64,000 bases of DNA from an uncultured bacterium (GTDB taxonomy: Bacteria; Desulfobacterota; Desulfobaccia; Desulfobaccales; 0-14-0-80-60-11), in the NCBI GenBank assembly GCA_937943575.1, contig CALEAV010000001.1, positions 20,375 to 84,374 on the forward strand, given 5' to 3'. Positions within the stretch are counted from its first letter, which is position 1, and every line of letters starts with the position of its first letter. The translations under genes and the position numbers were made by a program. This document shows positions 9,376-21,009 of the stretch, piece by piece. Under the pieces are notes generated by a model, which saw nothing but the letters and a program-made list of their open reading frames with translations, had not been told where the DNA came from and did not search any database.

Positions 9376-11151
9376 TCAGAATTGTTCCCGGGTTAGTCCC
9401 TGCTGGAATTCATGCACCAGCCACAGCAGGGTTTCCGCCTCGCCCAGGGGCTCCGTGCCGGCCCGGAGGCGCTCCACCACCTGCGCCAGGGTCAGGCCGG
9501 GGGGGGCCTGCTCGGCATACTCCCGCAGAGGGTGGCCGGCCGGGAGAAGCTCCCGCAGCACCTCCCGGGCCTCCGGCGGCCGGGGGCGCCGGGGCAGCCC
9601 CCCGGGAAGGTGCTCCTCCAGGAGCCTGAGGGCCTGGGCCAGCCGCCTCTCGTAGGTGTGCTCCGCCAGGCAGCGCTGCCAGGCCCGGGCCGCCATCTCC
9701 CCCCGGGCCTCAGGGTGGGCCAGATAATAGGTGATCTTCTCCCGGGCCTCGGTAAGGGTGCGGAAGACCGCCACCTCCCGGTCCGGGGCAAAGAATTCCG
9801 CCAGCTGGCTGCGCCAGTCCACCAGCTGAAAGGCTCCCGCCGCCGCCAGATCAAAGACCCGGGGGTTGAGATAATCCCCTTCCGGATTGATGCCGGCATA
9901 AAAGGGGGAGGAGTGCAGATTGAGGTTGATCTTGCTGGCCGCAAAGATGCGGACGGCCTCCTGGTCGGTGACCCGGGCGCCGCCCTTCTGGATCAGGGGG
10001 GCCAGGGGGCCGGGGTTCTCCCAGTCCGAGCCCCAGATCTTGAAGTCAAAATCCATCAGCCCCTGGAAGAACTCCCGCCGGTTGGGGTAGCCGGCCCCCA
10101 CAAAGCTCAGGCTGGCGCGGTACCTCTGATATTCCTCGGGAGACAAGGCGAGGGGCCGGTAGACCTCCGGATCGGCGGCCAGGGGTAGGAAGGCGGCCCG
10201 GGCTCCCCGTCGGGCCAGCTCCGTCAGAAAGGGCTCCCGCTGCAGGGTGAAAAACAGGTCCACCTCCGGGGCCAGCTCCTGCCAGTAGGGGAAGACCTGC
10301 CAGTCCTCCACGAACCAGTAGGCCGTCACCACCCCCTCCGCCTTGAGGGTGCGCAGGAGGGAGGCGTTCACCGGGGCCTGGGCCAACAAGAAGACCACGT
10401 CGGGCCGCCATTGCCGCACCGTGGCCAGCAGGGCCTCCCCCAGAAGCTTCAACAGTGCGGCGACGAGAGGCGGTTGGCCCCCCGGCGGCGCCGCAACCGC
10501 CTTGAGGGCGCGGTAGGCGGGGTGGAAGGGGGCAAAATCCAGAAACTCCGCCGCCAGCCCCAGGCGCCGGAACCCCCGGGTGCAGTAGCGGGCAATGGGG
10601 TGGGAGCCGCCATACAGGGGCCCCACCACCAGGAGGCGGAAGAAACCGAAATCCGGCCGTTCCTGACCGGCCAGATAATCCGCCAGTCGCCGGCACTCCC
10701 CGGGGAAGAGCTTGCGGGTGGGGAGGTGCAGGAGCAGCCGGGCCGGGCGGGGGAGGTCCTCCCAGTCGCACCCCACCCGCAGCCGGTCCCGGCCAAGCAG
10801 GGGGGTGAGATCCATGGTTTCCAGGGCCAGGCGGGCGGTGCGCCCGGAGGGTTCTACCACCCAGACATCGGCCCCCCGGTTCAGGAGCGCCAGGACATGA
10901 TAGCCCAAGCCCAAACCGAAGACCACCACCGGCTCCCCGGGGAGGAATTCCTGGATGGCGGCCCAATCCCGCCCCTCCGACTCAGGGTCATAAGCCGAGT
11001 GCAGGTGGCGCCCCTGGACCAGCAGGGTGGGGGCTCCGCGGCGGGAGGGCTGCAGCCCGGCGTCGCCCTGCGGGTCAAGGGCCGCCAGCCGCGCCGCCCG
11101 CTCGGGATTGACCCGCCCCAGACAGGCCAGATTGGTCTCCCAACGGCTCAT
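9376..11151 (-). CDS. CgeB-family / DUF3880-type glycosyltransferase with an N-terminal GLGLGYH Rossmann-like domain
   Basis: C-terminus NPRVFDLAAAGAFQLVDWRSQLAEFFAPDREVAVFRTLTEAREKITYYLAHPEARGEMAARAWQRCLAEHTYERRL matches the Glyco_trans_1_2 (CgeB-like) pattern. The N-terminus has VVVFGLGLGYHVLALL. Confidence 0.75.
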   Translation of the reverse strand: MSRWETNLACLGRVNPERAARLAALDPQGDAGLQPSRRGAPTLLVQGRHLHSAYDPESEGRDWAAIQEFLPGEPVVVFGLGLGYHVLALLNRGADVWVVEPSGRTARLALETMDLTPLLGRDRLRVGCDWEDLPRPARLLLHLPTRKLFPGECRRLADYLAGQERPDFGFFRLLVVGPLYGGSHPIARYCTRGFRRLGLAAEFLDFAPFHPAYRALKAVAAPPGGQPPLVAALLKLLGEALLATVRQWRPDVVFLLAQAPVNASLLRTLKAEGVVTAYWFVEDWQVFPYWQELAPEVDLFFTLQREPFLTELARRGARAAFLPLAADPEVYRPLALSPEEYQRYRASLSFVGAGYPNRREFFQGLMDFDFKIWGSDWENPGPLAPLIQKGGARVTDQEAVRIFAASKINLNLHSSPFYAGINPEGDYLNPRVFDLAAAGAFQLVDWRSQLAEFFAPDREVAVFRTLTEAREKITYYLAHPEARGEMAARAWQRCLAEHTYERRLAQALRLLEEHLPGGLPRRPRPPEAREVLRELLPAGHPLREYAEQAPPGLTLAQVVERLRAGTEPLGEAETLLWLVHEFQQGLTREQF

Positions 11152-11160
11152 GTCTCCTCC

Positions 11161-12600
11161 TTACCCTGCCAGAACTTCCAGATGCCCAGCCACATCCTTC
11201 TCCAGGGAGGCGGCCAGCTCCTCCCAGAGGTCAGGCAGGCCCTGAAGAGCCCCCTGCCGCAGCGCCTCCGCCCGGAAGGCCTGCAGGGGGGCCAGGAAGT
11301 GCGCCTCGGCCGGGGACGGCGCCGGGTTCCCCCCTTTCGCCGCCTGTGCCAGCCGGGCGAGGGCGGCCTTGACTGAGGGCGGGGGGTCCGGCGGATCCGG
11401 CCCGCCGTTTTCCAGCCCCAGCAGCCCGCTTGCGGTGCGGCGGTAGGCCAGGGCCGCCAAATCCGCCAGCTCCGGGGGCCGCCCTCCCAGCTGGACCAGG
11501 TTGGCCCCCAGAACGTCCCGCCCCGTCTCATAGAGGCGCACCTCCGGGGGCAGCGAGTTTTCCCGGGGCCTCCCCCCGGCGAGGCGGGCTGCGGCCACCC
11601 GGGCCACCAGCTCCGGGGAGAGGAGCCGGGCGCAATACGGGTGCGGGCAGGGATCCGCCTCCCGGCAGGGATGGCAGGGCGGCTCCGCCTGCAGCACCAG
11701 GTGGCCTGCGCCGTACGGGCCGGTCTCCCAAGCCTGGGCCGGCCCGAAAAAGAGCCCCAGACAGGGCACCCCCAGGGCCGCGGCCAGGTGCAGGGACCCG
11801 GTGTCGCCGCTGATGAGGAGGGCGAGCCCCTGGAGCTCGTCTGCCAACTCCGTCAGCCCCGTGGTCCCCATGAGATTCCGGACCCGCTCCCGGTAAAGGC
11901 CCGGCAGCTCCTGGACGAGGGCCTCTCCCAGGGGTCGTTCCGCCGCGGTCCCCAGCAGGAGGAACCGGGCCCCCGTTTTGTCCGCCAGGGTGACAAGGAG
12001 CCGGGCGAAGGCCGCCACCGGCCAGGTGCGTTTGGGGTGACGGGTCCCCGGCACCAGTCCCACCCACGGCTCCCCGGCCGGGGGCCCGGGGTGGGCGGCG
12101 GGAAAGGGTTCCTTCCGGGCTGCCGGGGCCAGATGCCGGAAGACGTCACTCACATGCAGCCGGTTGAGGCGCCGGGCGTGGGCCAGGGCAAAGACGTAGG
12201 CCAGCCAGGGCGGCCGGCCGAACTCCCGCCCCCCCGCCAGGGGCCGGTAGCCCAGGGCCGGCCCCCCCAGCCCGTGGGTCAAAAGCAGGGTGAGGCGGGA
12301 GAGATTCAGGTTGACCAGCAGGTCATACCCAAAGCGGCGCAGCTCCTTGAGCCGGCCGGCCAGGCGGCGGACAGCGGCGGCGGCATCCCGCCGGGCCAGC
12401 GCCGCCAGATGGGCCAGCTCCAGCCCGTGCCTCTCCTCCAGGGGGGGGCCCAGATCGCAGAGGGGCGCCAGCGCCGCCTCGCAGAGAAACTCCAGCCGGG
12501 CCTCCGGCCACGCCGCCTTGAGCCGCCGCAGCAGCGGCCAGGTCTGCACCAGGTCGCCCAGGCGGGCCAGCTGCAGCACCAGGATTCGCCGGGGAGTCAT
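11161..12600 (-). CDS. glycosyltransferase family 9 (heptosyltransferase-like), paralogue of 7548-9257
   Basis: ILVLQLARLGDLVQTWPLLRRLKAAWPEARLEFL, GDTGSLHLAAALGVPCLGLF and PPCHPCREADPCPHPYC. An ATGA overlap joins it to the upstream gene at 12597-12600. Confidence 0.75.
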   Translation of the reverse strand: MTPRRILVLQLARLGDLVQTWPLLRRLKAAWPEARLEFLCEAALAPLCDLGPPLEERHGLELAHLAALARRDAAAAVRRLAGRLKELRRFGYDLLVNLNLSRLTLLLTHGLGGPALGYRPLAGGREFGRPPWLAYVFALAHARRLNRLHVSDVFRHLAPAARKEPFPAAHPGPPAGEPWVGLVPGTRHPKRTWPVAAFARLLVTLADKTGARFLLLGTAAERPLGEALVQELPGLYRERVRNLMGTTGLTELADELQGLALLISGDTGSLHLAAALGVPCLGLFFGPAQAWETGPYGAGHLVLQAEPPCHPCREADPCPHPYCARLLSPELVARVAAARLAGGRPRENSLPPEVRLYETGRDVLGANLVQLGGRPPELADLAALAYRRTASGLLGLENGGPDPPDPPPSVKAALARLAQAAKGGNPAPSPAEAHFLAPLQAFRAEALRQGALQGLPDLWEELAASLEKDVAGHLEVLAG

Positions 12601-14333
12601 AGCGCCCCCCGAAGGTGCGCCAGCATGGTCTCAACCCGGTGGCGGTAGGTGTGTTCGGCCAGGACCCGCTTCCGGGCCGCCTGAACCAGGCGCCGGCGCG
12701 CCGCCGGATGCCTCAGGTAATGGCGCACCAGCTCCGGGATCTCCTCCGGCCGGCGGTAGCAGATGACCTCCCGGCCCGGCTCCAGCACCTCGGCCAGCTG
12801 CTCCCGGTAGTCCGTCAGGAGAAAGCCCCCGGCGGCGGGGACATCGAACACCCGCTGGTTCACCGCCGCCTTCATTTGCAGGCTGGTGGCGTTGAAATTG
12901 ATCTGGCTTTCCCGGTAAACCCGGGGGAGCCCGTCATAGTAGCCCACCTCCGGCCGCAGGCGAAAGGGCGGCCCCACCAGCTCCCCCCAGCCGGGATCGC
13001 CGTAGATGACGGGCTGAAACGCCTCCAGCTGCCGGACGCACTCCCGGCGGTAGTCCCGGGTGGCGGCCCAGATCATGCCCGCCTCCAGATCCACCCGCTC
13101 CCCGTCCGTCAGGGCGGCCACCCGGGGATGAGCCGCCAGGCCCTCCTCCTGCAGCACGGTGACCAGGTCCCGGTAGGGGCGCCGGCGATAGGCCGCGGTG
13201 AGCTGCTGAAAGATCTCCAAAAACTCGTCATCCCGGGGCAGGCGGGCCAGCTTCTCGGCCACCGGCCGGGTGAGGGAATTGCCCACAAAGGAGACCGGGC
13301 AGCGATGGCCGCCGGCATCACCGGTGCCGTCGGGCCGGAAGATCTCCGGATCAGTGGCCAGAGGCAGAGGATGGACATGGACAAAGCCCAGGGCCCGCAC
13401 CCGGGGGATATAGGTGGGGTCCCAGGAGAAGATGAAGGTGAAATCCCGGCCGGAACCGGCGTAGAGGTCCAAAATGAGGGCGGGGCTGTCCACAAACCAG
13501 GAGACCAGGGGCACCCGCAGGCGCTCCAGGCAATGGAGGAGCACCCCCTCCCGGTCCACCCCCAGGTGGTTGATGGTGAAGAGCAAATCCGGGCGGAAGT
13601 CCGTCAGGTGCGCCAGGATGCGGCGCAGCACCTCCTCCCCCGGCTCCCGGCGCTTGTCAAAGGAGATGAGGCCCACCTCATGGCCCAGGCGGCGGAAGGC
13701 CCGGAGCACCTCGGGGATGAGGAAGTAGTCGGGATTGGCCACTAAAACCCGGAGGCGCTCCCGGTTAAGGCCGGGGGCACGCCGGGGCGCCGGGGTGGGG
13801 CACAGGGCCTGCAGGAGAGGCTGAAAATAGTCAGGCCGGGCCCGCAGGGAGGCGGGATGGCCAAAGACCAGGGGCGGGCGGCGGCGCCCCCCGAGAACCC
13901 CCTTGAGCTCCCTGGCCGCCTCCTTCGGGTCCGGCGCCACCACCCAGTGCGTCGCCGGACGGCCGAGGAGCGGGCTCAGGTCCAGGGCCATGAGGGCGGC
14001 ATACGCCACCTCGGGCTCGGGCTCCACCACCACCAGGGCCTGTCCGGGTGCCAGCCGCGGAAGGAGGGCCAGGAGATGATACCCCAGCCCCAGCCCCAAA
14101 ACCACCAGGGGCTCCGCCCGGCGGAGGGGGACCCGGGCCGCCAGGGCTTCGGCCTCCTCCCAGGGCCGCCGGCCGTGAAGCGCCAGGTAACCGCCCCCAG
14201 GACCGGGGACCGCCAGCAAGGGGGGCGGCCCCGGAATCAGCCGCACTCTTTGCAGGTCGGGGGGCTCCTCCGGTAAAGGAAGAGCCCCCAGCCTTCCCCC
14301 TGCCGCCTGCCGGTTGGTCTGCCACACCTCCAT
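12597..14333 (-). CDS. CgeB-family / DUF3880-type glycosyltransferase, paralogue of 9376-11151
   Basis: LVVLGLGLGYHLLALL at the N-terminus. The C-terminus reads NQRVFDVPAAGGFLLTDYREQLAEVLEPGREVICYRRPEEIPELVRHYLRHPAARRRLVQAARKRVLAEHTYRHRV. I prefer ATG 14333 (MEVWQTN..., aligning with MSRWETN of the paralogue) over the TTG at 14429 used by the ORF track. Confidence 0.7.
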   Translation of the reverse strand: MEVWQTNRQAAGGRLGALPLPEEPPDLQRVRLIPGPPPLLAVPGPGGGYLALHGRRPWEEAEALAARVPLRRAEPLVVLGLGLGYHLLALLPRLAPGQALVVVEPEPEVAYAALMALDLSPLLGRPATHWVVAPDPKEAARELKGVLGGRRRPPLVFGHPASLRARPDYFQPLLQALCPTPAPRRAPGLNRERLRVLVANPDYFLIPEVLRAFRRLGHEVGLISFDKRREPGEEVLRRILAHLTDFRPDLLFTINHLGVDREGVLLHCLERLRVPLVSWFVDSPALILDLYAGSGRDFTFIFSWDPTYIPRVRALGFVHVHPLPLATDPEIFRPDGTGDAGGHRCPVSFVGNSLTRPVAEKLARLPRDDEFLEIFQQLTAAYRRRPYRDLVTVLQEEGLAAHPRVAALTDGERVDLEAGMIWAATRDYRRECVRQLEAFQPVIYGDPGWGELVGPPFRLRPEVGYYDGLPRVYRESQINFNATSLQMKAAVNQRVFDVPAAGGFLLTDYREQLAEVLEPGREVICYRRPEEIPELVRHYLRHPAARRRLVQAARKRVLAEHTYRHRVETMLAHLRGAL

Positions 14334-14479
14334 GACACTCGGGCGGGAAGCAAAAAAAGTGCCAGCCGGTTCAGGGGATATCTGATGAAAATCTCTATAA
14401 AATATTTCCAGGTTCCCGGGCCGCGGCAAATTCTGCCGCCCCAGGGGCAGCCAGGGAAGAGTGGGTGGGGAAGGCTGTC

Positions 14480-15580
14480 TTATTTTTCTGAGTCCCCTGG
14501 TGCCGCCTTGACCAGCTTCTCCAGGCGCACCCCCAGGAGGCGGATGGGTTTCCGCTGGGGGTTTTCCCGCTGGTCCAGGAAGGGCAGAAACAGCCGCATG
14601 GCTTCAGCCCGGAGACGCCGGCCCGAGGCGGTGGGGCCGGGCAGGGTATGAGAGCGGCTGACGGTGTGGAAGTCGTGGAACCTCACGGTGAGGACCACGG
14701 TGCGGAAGCCCTGGAAGCCTTCGGCCAGCAGGCGGCGCCGGGCCTGGTGGCACAGGTGCCACAGCCGCCGGCAGAGAAAGTCGGCCTCCAGGGTGTCAAC
14801 GGGGAAGGTCTCCTGTTCGCCCACGGATTTGGGCTCCCAGCTCAGGGTGAGCTCTTCCCGGCCCCGCCCCCGGACCCGGTCGTACAGGTCCTCGCCCCAT
14901 TTCCCCAGCCAGGCCTTGAGGGTCTCCCGGGGAACGGCCCTCAGGTCCGCCACCGTCCGGATCCCCCGGGCCTGAAGGAAGCGATCCGTTTTCAGGCCGA
15001 TGCCGGGGATCTTTCGCACCGGCAGCGGTGCCAGGAAGGCCTCCACCTCCTCGGGCCTCACCACTGTCAGGCCGTCGGGCTTGCGGAAATCCGAGGCGAT
15101 CTTGGCCACCAGCTTGTTGGGGCCCACCCCCACCGAGGCGGTGAGCCCCTCCTGGTGCCGGATGGCGTCCTTGAGCTCCAGGCAGAGGTTCCGGGCCGCC
15201 TCAAAGGAGCCAGTGAAGCTGAGGTCCAGGTAGGCCTCGTCCAGGCCGGCCTCCTCCACCAGGGGGACCCGCTGCCGCACCAGGGCCATGATGCGGCCCG
15301 AGACCTCTTCATAGCGGCGAAAGTTGGGGGTGAGAAAGACCACCGGCGGCTCCCCCCGCCGCCGGGCCGCCTCCGCCAGCCGCCAGGCCCGGGACACCGG
15401 CATGGCGGAGTGCAGGCCGTAGCGCCGGGCGGCATAATTGGCGGTGGTGAGCACCCCCCGGCCCCGGCCGCCCCGGGGGTCGGCCCCCACGGCGATGGGC
15501 AGCCCGGCCAGCTCCGGGTGGTCCCGCTCCTCCACCGCGGCATAGAAGGCGTCCATGTCCAGATGGGCGATGATGGCCAT
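14480..15580 (-). CDS. dinB: DNA polymerase IV (Y-family translesion polymerase)
   Basis: MAIIAHLDMDAFYAAVEERDHPEL..., SVGVGPNKLVAKIASD, VRKIPGIGLKT. The ORF track starts at GTG 15601; ATG 15580 gives the canonical N-terminus. Confidence 0.9.
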   Translation of the reverse strand: MAIIAHLDMDAFYAAVEERDHPELAGLPIAVGADPRGGRGRGVLTTANYAARRYGLHSAMPVSRAWRLAEAARRRGEPPVVFLTPNFRRYEEVSGRIMALVRQRVPLVEEAGLDEAYLDLSFTGSFEAARNLCLELKDAIRHQEGLTASVGVGPNKLVAKIASDFRKPDGLTVVRPEEVEAFLAPLPVRKIPGIGLKTDRFLQARGIRTVADLRAVPRETLKAWLGKWGEDLYDRVRGRGREELTLSWEPKSVGEQETFPVDTLEADFLCRRLWHLCHQARRRLLAEGFQGFRTVVLTVRFHDFHTVSRSHTLPGPTASGRRLRAEAMRLFLPFLDQRENPQRKPIRLLGVRLEKLVKAAPGDSEK

Positions 15581-16084
15581 CACTCGCGGGCTTTGTGCCA
15601 CCCATGCCCACCCTCCCGGCCAAGGAAGGGCCGTGACGGCGGCTGCACCGGCGGCGGGGCGTCACGGTGAATGAATCAGGGTTTTCAACAGGTTATACCA
15701 TGACATCCGCTGTACGTGGGAGGGAGGAAATTTATCCGGAGGCTTTGGATGCCCCACGGGGCCCCCGTAACCGGGAGGGCGCAGACTCCGCTCTCCTGCC
15801 CCTCTTCCCGGGCTGACGGGGCCTGCCCGAACCGGGGCCGTGAGCTTTTCCCTCCGCCCCGGCCCCTCCTTTTTCTCGCACCTGGCCGCAAGATATCTTA
15901 ATATAGGGCAGGCATCCGGCCCGGCCCAAGGGAGAGGGGCCGCCCTTTGGCGCCCTCCTCAGGCATGCTCCGGCAATGGGCGCCGCTGCCCCGGAAGACC
16001 GGGGACCGGGCGAGAGCGGGAGCCGGGAGCCTCCCGGGGGCAGGCGGTCATGCCGGCCTGCGGACCTTGTCAGGAGGGAACACC

Positions 16085-16966
16085 ATGCGCCTTCGGCCGC
16101 TGGTCCTGACGTGGATGGGCCTCTTTCTCCTCTTTGCCGCCTCCGGGGTCTGGGCCGCCGCGGGGGTTTTCATCCGGGTGGAGGGCAGGGTGGACCTCCT
16201 CCGCCAGGGGCGGCCGCCGGCGGTGCCCGCCCGGGTGCAGGAACCGGTGGCGGTGGGGGACGCAGTGCGCACCGGGGCCGATGGACGGGCCCGGATCCGG
16301 TTCGCGGATGACTCGGTCCTCACCCTGGCGCCGGGGTCCCTGGTGGTCATCGAGACCTTCCACTACGAGCCGCAGGCCGGGGTCCGCCAGGCCGTGCTGC
16401 AGGTCCTCCGGGGGCTGGTACATGGCGTGGTGGAGAAGATCTTCAAGGTGGAGCGCCCCGATTTCCTCCTCAAGACCCACACCGCCGTCCTGGGGGTGAG
16501 GGGCACCCGCTGGTACACCCTCTTGGGGGCCCGCTACACCGCGGTGTACGGGGAGGCCGGCACCCTGGAGGTGGGGTCCCTCTTCCCGGACATCAGCCGC
16601 ACGGTCCTGGTGCGGGGGGGCGAAATGAGCTCGGTACCCCTGAAAGAGCCGCCATCTGCGCCCAGGCGCTTCCCGCCCGCCCTGCTGGACCTCCTGCAGC
16701 TCTGGCTCAGGAAGGGCGTGCCCGCCTGGGTCCTCAGCCTGGACCCAGCCCAGCTTCTCCTTCTGGAGCAGACTCCGCCGACGCCGCAGCTGCCGCAGCT
16801 GCCCGAGGGCCTCTTTGTGCCGCCCCTCCCCAAGCCCTCCAAACCCCCGGAGCCGCCGGGATCCGGGCCGGGGCCCATTGAACCGGGTCAGCCGGACCAG
16901 CCCATTTTCCAGCCTAATCTCCCCGGGCCGGGGGGAGATCAGCTTGTCCCCGGACGGCCCCGGTAA
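16085..16966 (+). CDS. FecR-domain protein with signal/anchor sequence and a Pro-rich C-terminus
   Basis: ATG 16085 follows GGAGGGA. The protein starts MRLRPLVLTWMGLFLLFAASGVWA, then VGDAVRTGADGRARIRFADDSVLTLAPGSLVVIE (FecR-like). Confidence 0.7.
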   Translation: MRLRPLVLTWMGLFLLFAASGVWAAAGVFIRVEGRVDLLRQGRPPAVPARVQEPVAVGDAVRTGADGRARIRFADDSVLTLAPGSLVVIETFHYEPQAGVRQAVLQVLRGLVHGVVEKIFKVERPDFLLKTHTAVLGVRGTRWYTLLGARYTAVYGEAGTLEVGSLFPDISRTVLVRGGEMSSVPLKEPPSAPRRFPPALLDLLQLWLRKGVPAWVLSLDPAQLLLLEQTPPTPQLPQLPEGLFVPPLPKPSKPPEPPGSGPGPIEPGQPDQPIFQPNLPGPGGDQLVPGRPR

Positions 16967-17051
16967 GGCTGTCCCGGATTCCTCCCGGCTGCCCCGGGAG
17001 ACCGGCCGGGCGGCTTGACAATGGGAGCCGCTGAGGTATAACCCTGGCTAG

Positions 17052-18710
<1,659 letters not shown>

Positions 18711-18756
18711 AGGGAGAACCGGGGTATGACTCCCTTCAAATTCTCCCTTTCCGTAT

Positions 18757-18895
18757 GGGATGGGAAGAGGGGAGGGGGGAAGGGTCTGTGACCCTTTGCC
18801 CCCTTCGCCCATGTGAGACTGGCGCAAGGCTTCCGGGAGAGGGGGCCAGGGAGCGGTGCCCCCTGCCATCTCTCCCGGTCCCTCTCCCCCAACCC
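18757..18895 (+). repeat. intergenic G-tract / polypurine element plus imperfect GC hairpins (member of a dispersed family)
   Basis: GGGatGGGaagaGGGGaGGGGGGaaGGG lies at 18757-18784, followed by the AAGGG-tctgtga-CCCTT hairpin. The core CGGGAGAGGGGGC at 18834-18846 faces CCCTCTCCCCC at about 18880. Confidence 0.6.
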
Positions 18896-18944
18896 CTTAA
18901 TTTTGAAAAAATCGAGGCCATGTTCGGGTTCACAATCTAAAGTC

Positions 18945-19808
18945 ATGTTCCAGCCGGTGCGCATCGGAAAACTGACCCTGGGCGACGGCCAACTGGCCTT
19001 TATTGCCGGGCCCTGTGTCATTGAGTCCGCCGCCCTGACCCTGGAGGTGGCCCACGCCCTCAAGGAGGCGGCCCGGGAGGTGGGGGTGCCCCTCATCTTC
19101 AAGGCCTCCTATGACAAGGCCAACCGCACCTCCCTGAGCTCCTTCCGGGGGCCGGGGCTTGAGGCGGGTCTGGAGATCCTGGCCCGGGTGCGGGAGGAGA
19201 CCGGTCTCCCGGTCATCTCCGATGTGCACCGGGTGAGCGAGGTGGCTCCGGCCGCCCGGGTGCTGGATGTGCTCCAGATCCCGGCGTTTTTATGCCGCCA
19301 GACGGACCTCATCGTGGCCGCGGCCCAAAGCGGCAGGCCCCTGAATCTCAAGAAGGGCCAGTTCCTGGCGCCCTGGGATATGGGGCCGGTGGTGGAGAAG
19401 GCCACCGCCGGGGGGGCCACCGGGGTGCTTTTGACCGAGCGGGGCAGCTCCTTCGGCTACAACAACCTGGTGGTGGATTTCCGGGGGCTGGCCATCATGC
19501 GGGGGCTGGGCTGGCCGGTGGTCCTGGACGCCACCCACGCGGTGCAGCTTCCGGGGGGCCAGGGAAGCTGCTCCGGGGGCCAGCGGGAGTATGTGCCGCT
19601 TCTGGCCCGGGCCGGGGTGGCCGCCGGGGTGGACGGCATCTTCATGGAGGTGCACCCGGAGCCGGAGCGGGCCCTGTGTGACGGCCCCAACTCCCTGCCC
19701 CTGGCCATGGTGCCGGCCCTGTGGCGGGAGCTTCGGGATCTGCACCGCTTCTGCCGCAGTCAGAGAGAGGCTGAGGGAGGTGGCGAGGCCCATGCCGCCG
19801 GGCGCTGA
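18945..19808 (+). CDS. kdsA: 3-deoxy-8-phosphooctulonate synthase
   Basis: ATG 18945 gives [28 protein letters not shown]..., with [11 protein letters not shown] and [13 protein letters not shown]. Confidence 0.9.
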   Translation: MFQPVRIGKLTLGDGQLAFIAGPCVIESAALTLEVAHALKEAAREVGVPLIFKASYDKANRTSLSSFRGPGLEAGLEILARVREETGLPVISDVHRVSEVAPAARVLDVLQIPAFLCRQTDLIVAAAQSGRPLNLKKGQFLAPWDMGPVVEKATAGGATGVLLTERGSSFGYNNLVVDFRGLAIMRGLGWPVVLDATHAVQLPGGQGSCSGGQREYVPLLARAGVAAGVDGIFMEVHPEPERALCDGPNSLPLAMVPALWRELRDLHRFCRSQREAEGGGEAHAAGR

Positions 19809-20343
19809 GATATCTTACCCGCCGGAGGTCTGGGAGCGGGCCCGGGGGGTGCGACTTTTGGTCCTGGATGTGGACGGGGTGCTCACCGACGGCCGCCTCT
19901 ACTTCGGCCCCCAGGGGGAGGCCCTGAAGAGCTTTCACGTCCGGGACGGCCATGGCCTGAAGATGCTCATGGCCGCCGGGCTGGAGGTGGCCATCCTCTC
20001 CGGCCGCCGCTCCGACGCCGCCTACCACCGGGCCCGGGAGCTGGGCATCCGCCGCTTCCATGAGGGCCTCCGGGACAAGGTGGCGGTGCTCGCCGAGCTC
20101 TGCCGGGAGCTGGACCTGCCCTTGGCGGCGGTGGCCGCCGTGGGGGACGATCTGGTGGACCTGGCCCACCTGCGCCGGGTGGGGCTGGCGGTGGCGGTGG
20201 CCGACGCCGTGCCGGAGGTCCTGGCCGCAGCCCACTGGGTTACCCGCCTTCCCGGGGGGCAGGGGGCGGTGCGGGAGGTCTGCGATCTCCTCCTCAAGGC
20301 CCAGGGCCGGTGGGAGAAAGTGGCCGGCGGAACCACCCCCTGA
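19792..20343 (+). CDS. kdsC: 3-deoxy-D-manno-octulosonate 8-phosphate phosphatase (HAD family)
   Basis: ATG 19792 (overlaps the kdsA end). [17 protein letters not shown] and GDDLVDL are the HAD motifs typical of KdsC. Confidence 0.85.
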   Translation: MPPGAEISYPPEVWERARGVRLLVLDVDGVLTDGRLYFGPQGEALKSFHVRDGHGLKMLMAAGLEVAILSGRRSDAAYHRARELGIRRFHEGLRDKVAVLAELCRELDLPLAAVAAVGDDLVDLAHLRRVGLAVAVADAVPEVLAAAHWVTRLPGGQGAVREVCDLLLKAQGRWEKVAGGTTP

Positions 20344-20418
20344 GAGGGGGGAGTGAAGGCCGAAGGGGGGGCAGGGGAAAGGTGCCGTGAGGCCCGGCCA
20401 ACTGCGGGGACACGTCCT

Positions 20419-21009
20419 ATGAGGCCCAATCATCCATACCCCCCACCGCCGCGGCGGCTGTCGCCGCTGATGTTTCTGCTGGGTTTGGCCGTTATGACGG
20501 GCCTGGGGTGGGGCGGCTATGCCCTGTTCCTTCGCCGGCCGCCGGCCCCGCCGCCGCCCCCGGCGGCCGCGCCCACCCACGTCATGGAGGGCCTGTCCTT
20601 GAACGAGATCCAGGACGGGGTGACGCGTTGGAACCTGGAGGCGAAAAGCGCCCGCTACCTCCAGGACCGCCGGGAGATTGAGCTCGCGGATCTCAGGCTG
20701 GAGTTTTTCGGCGAGGGGGGCCGGGTCATCCGGGTGAGCTCCCGGGAAGGCCGGGTGGAAATGCAGACCCGGGCCTTGACCCTCTCCGGTGAGGTCACCG
20801 TAAGCGATGGCGAAGTGACGGTCACCACCGACTTGGTCCGGTATCTCCCCCTGGAGCGGCAGCTTGTGGCGCCCCAGGAGGTGACTGTGACCACGCCGCG
20901 CCTCACCGTGCAGGGCCGGGACCTGAGCATCTTTGTGGCCAACCGGCGCCTGGTGCTGAAAGAGCACCGGCTGACCGAAATCCGGGGCCTGGAGGGTTGG
21001 CGTCTGTGA
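20419..21009 (+). CDS. lptC: LPS export system protein LptC
   Basis: N-terminal TM (LSPLMFLLGLAVMTGLGWGGYALF) followed by an OstA-like beta region. Its position between kdsC and lptA fits. The start is uncertain (ATG 20419 vs GTG 20353). Confidence 0.6.
   Translation: MRPNHPYPPPPRRLSPLMFLLGLAVMTGLGWGGYALFLRRPPAPPPPPAAAPTHVMEGLSLNEIQDGVTRWNLEAKSARYLQDRREIELADLRLEFFGEGGRVIRVSSREGRVEMQTRALTLSGEVTVSDGEVTVTTDLVRYLPLERQLVAPQEVTVTTPRLTVQGRDLSIFVANRRLVLKEHRLTEIRGLEGWRL

Noticed and set aside
15678-15699. GGGTTTTCAACAGGTTATACC about 80-100 nt upstream of dinB looked like a LexA (SOS) box of the GGTT-N2-C-N4-G-N3-ACC type.
   Set aside because: The right half-site is out of register (ATACC instead of ACC directly after N3), and there is no CTGT-N8-ACAG or GAAC-N4-GTTC palindrome either. 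It cannot be supported without a species-specific LexA motif.
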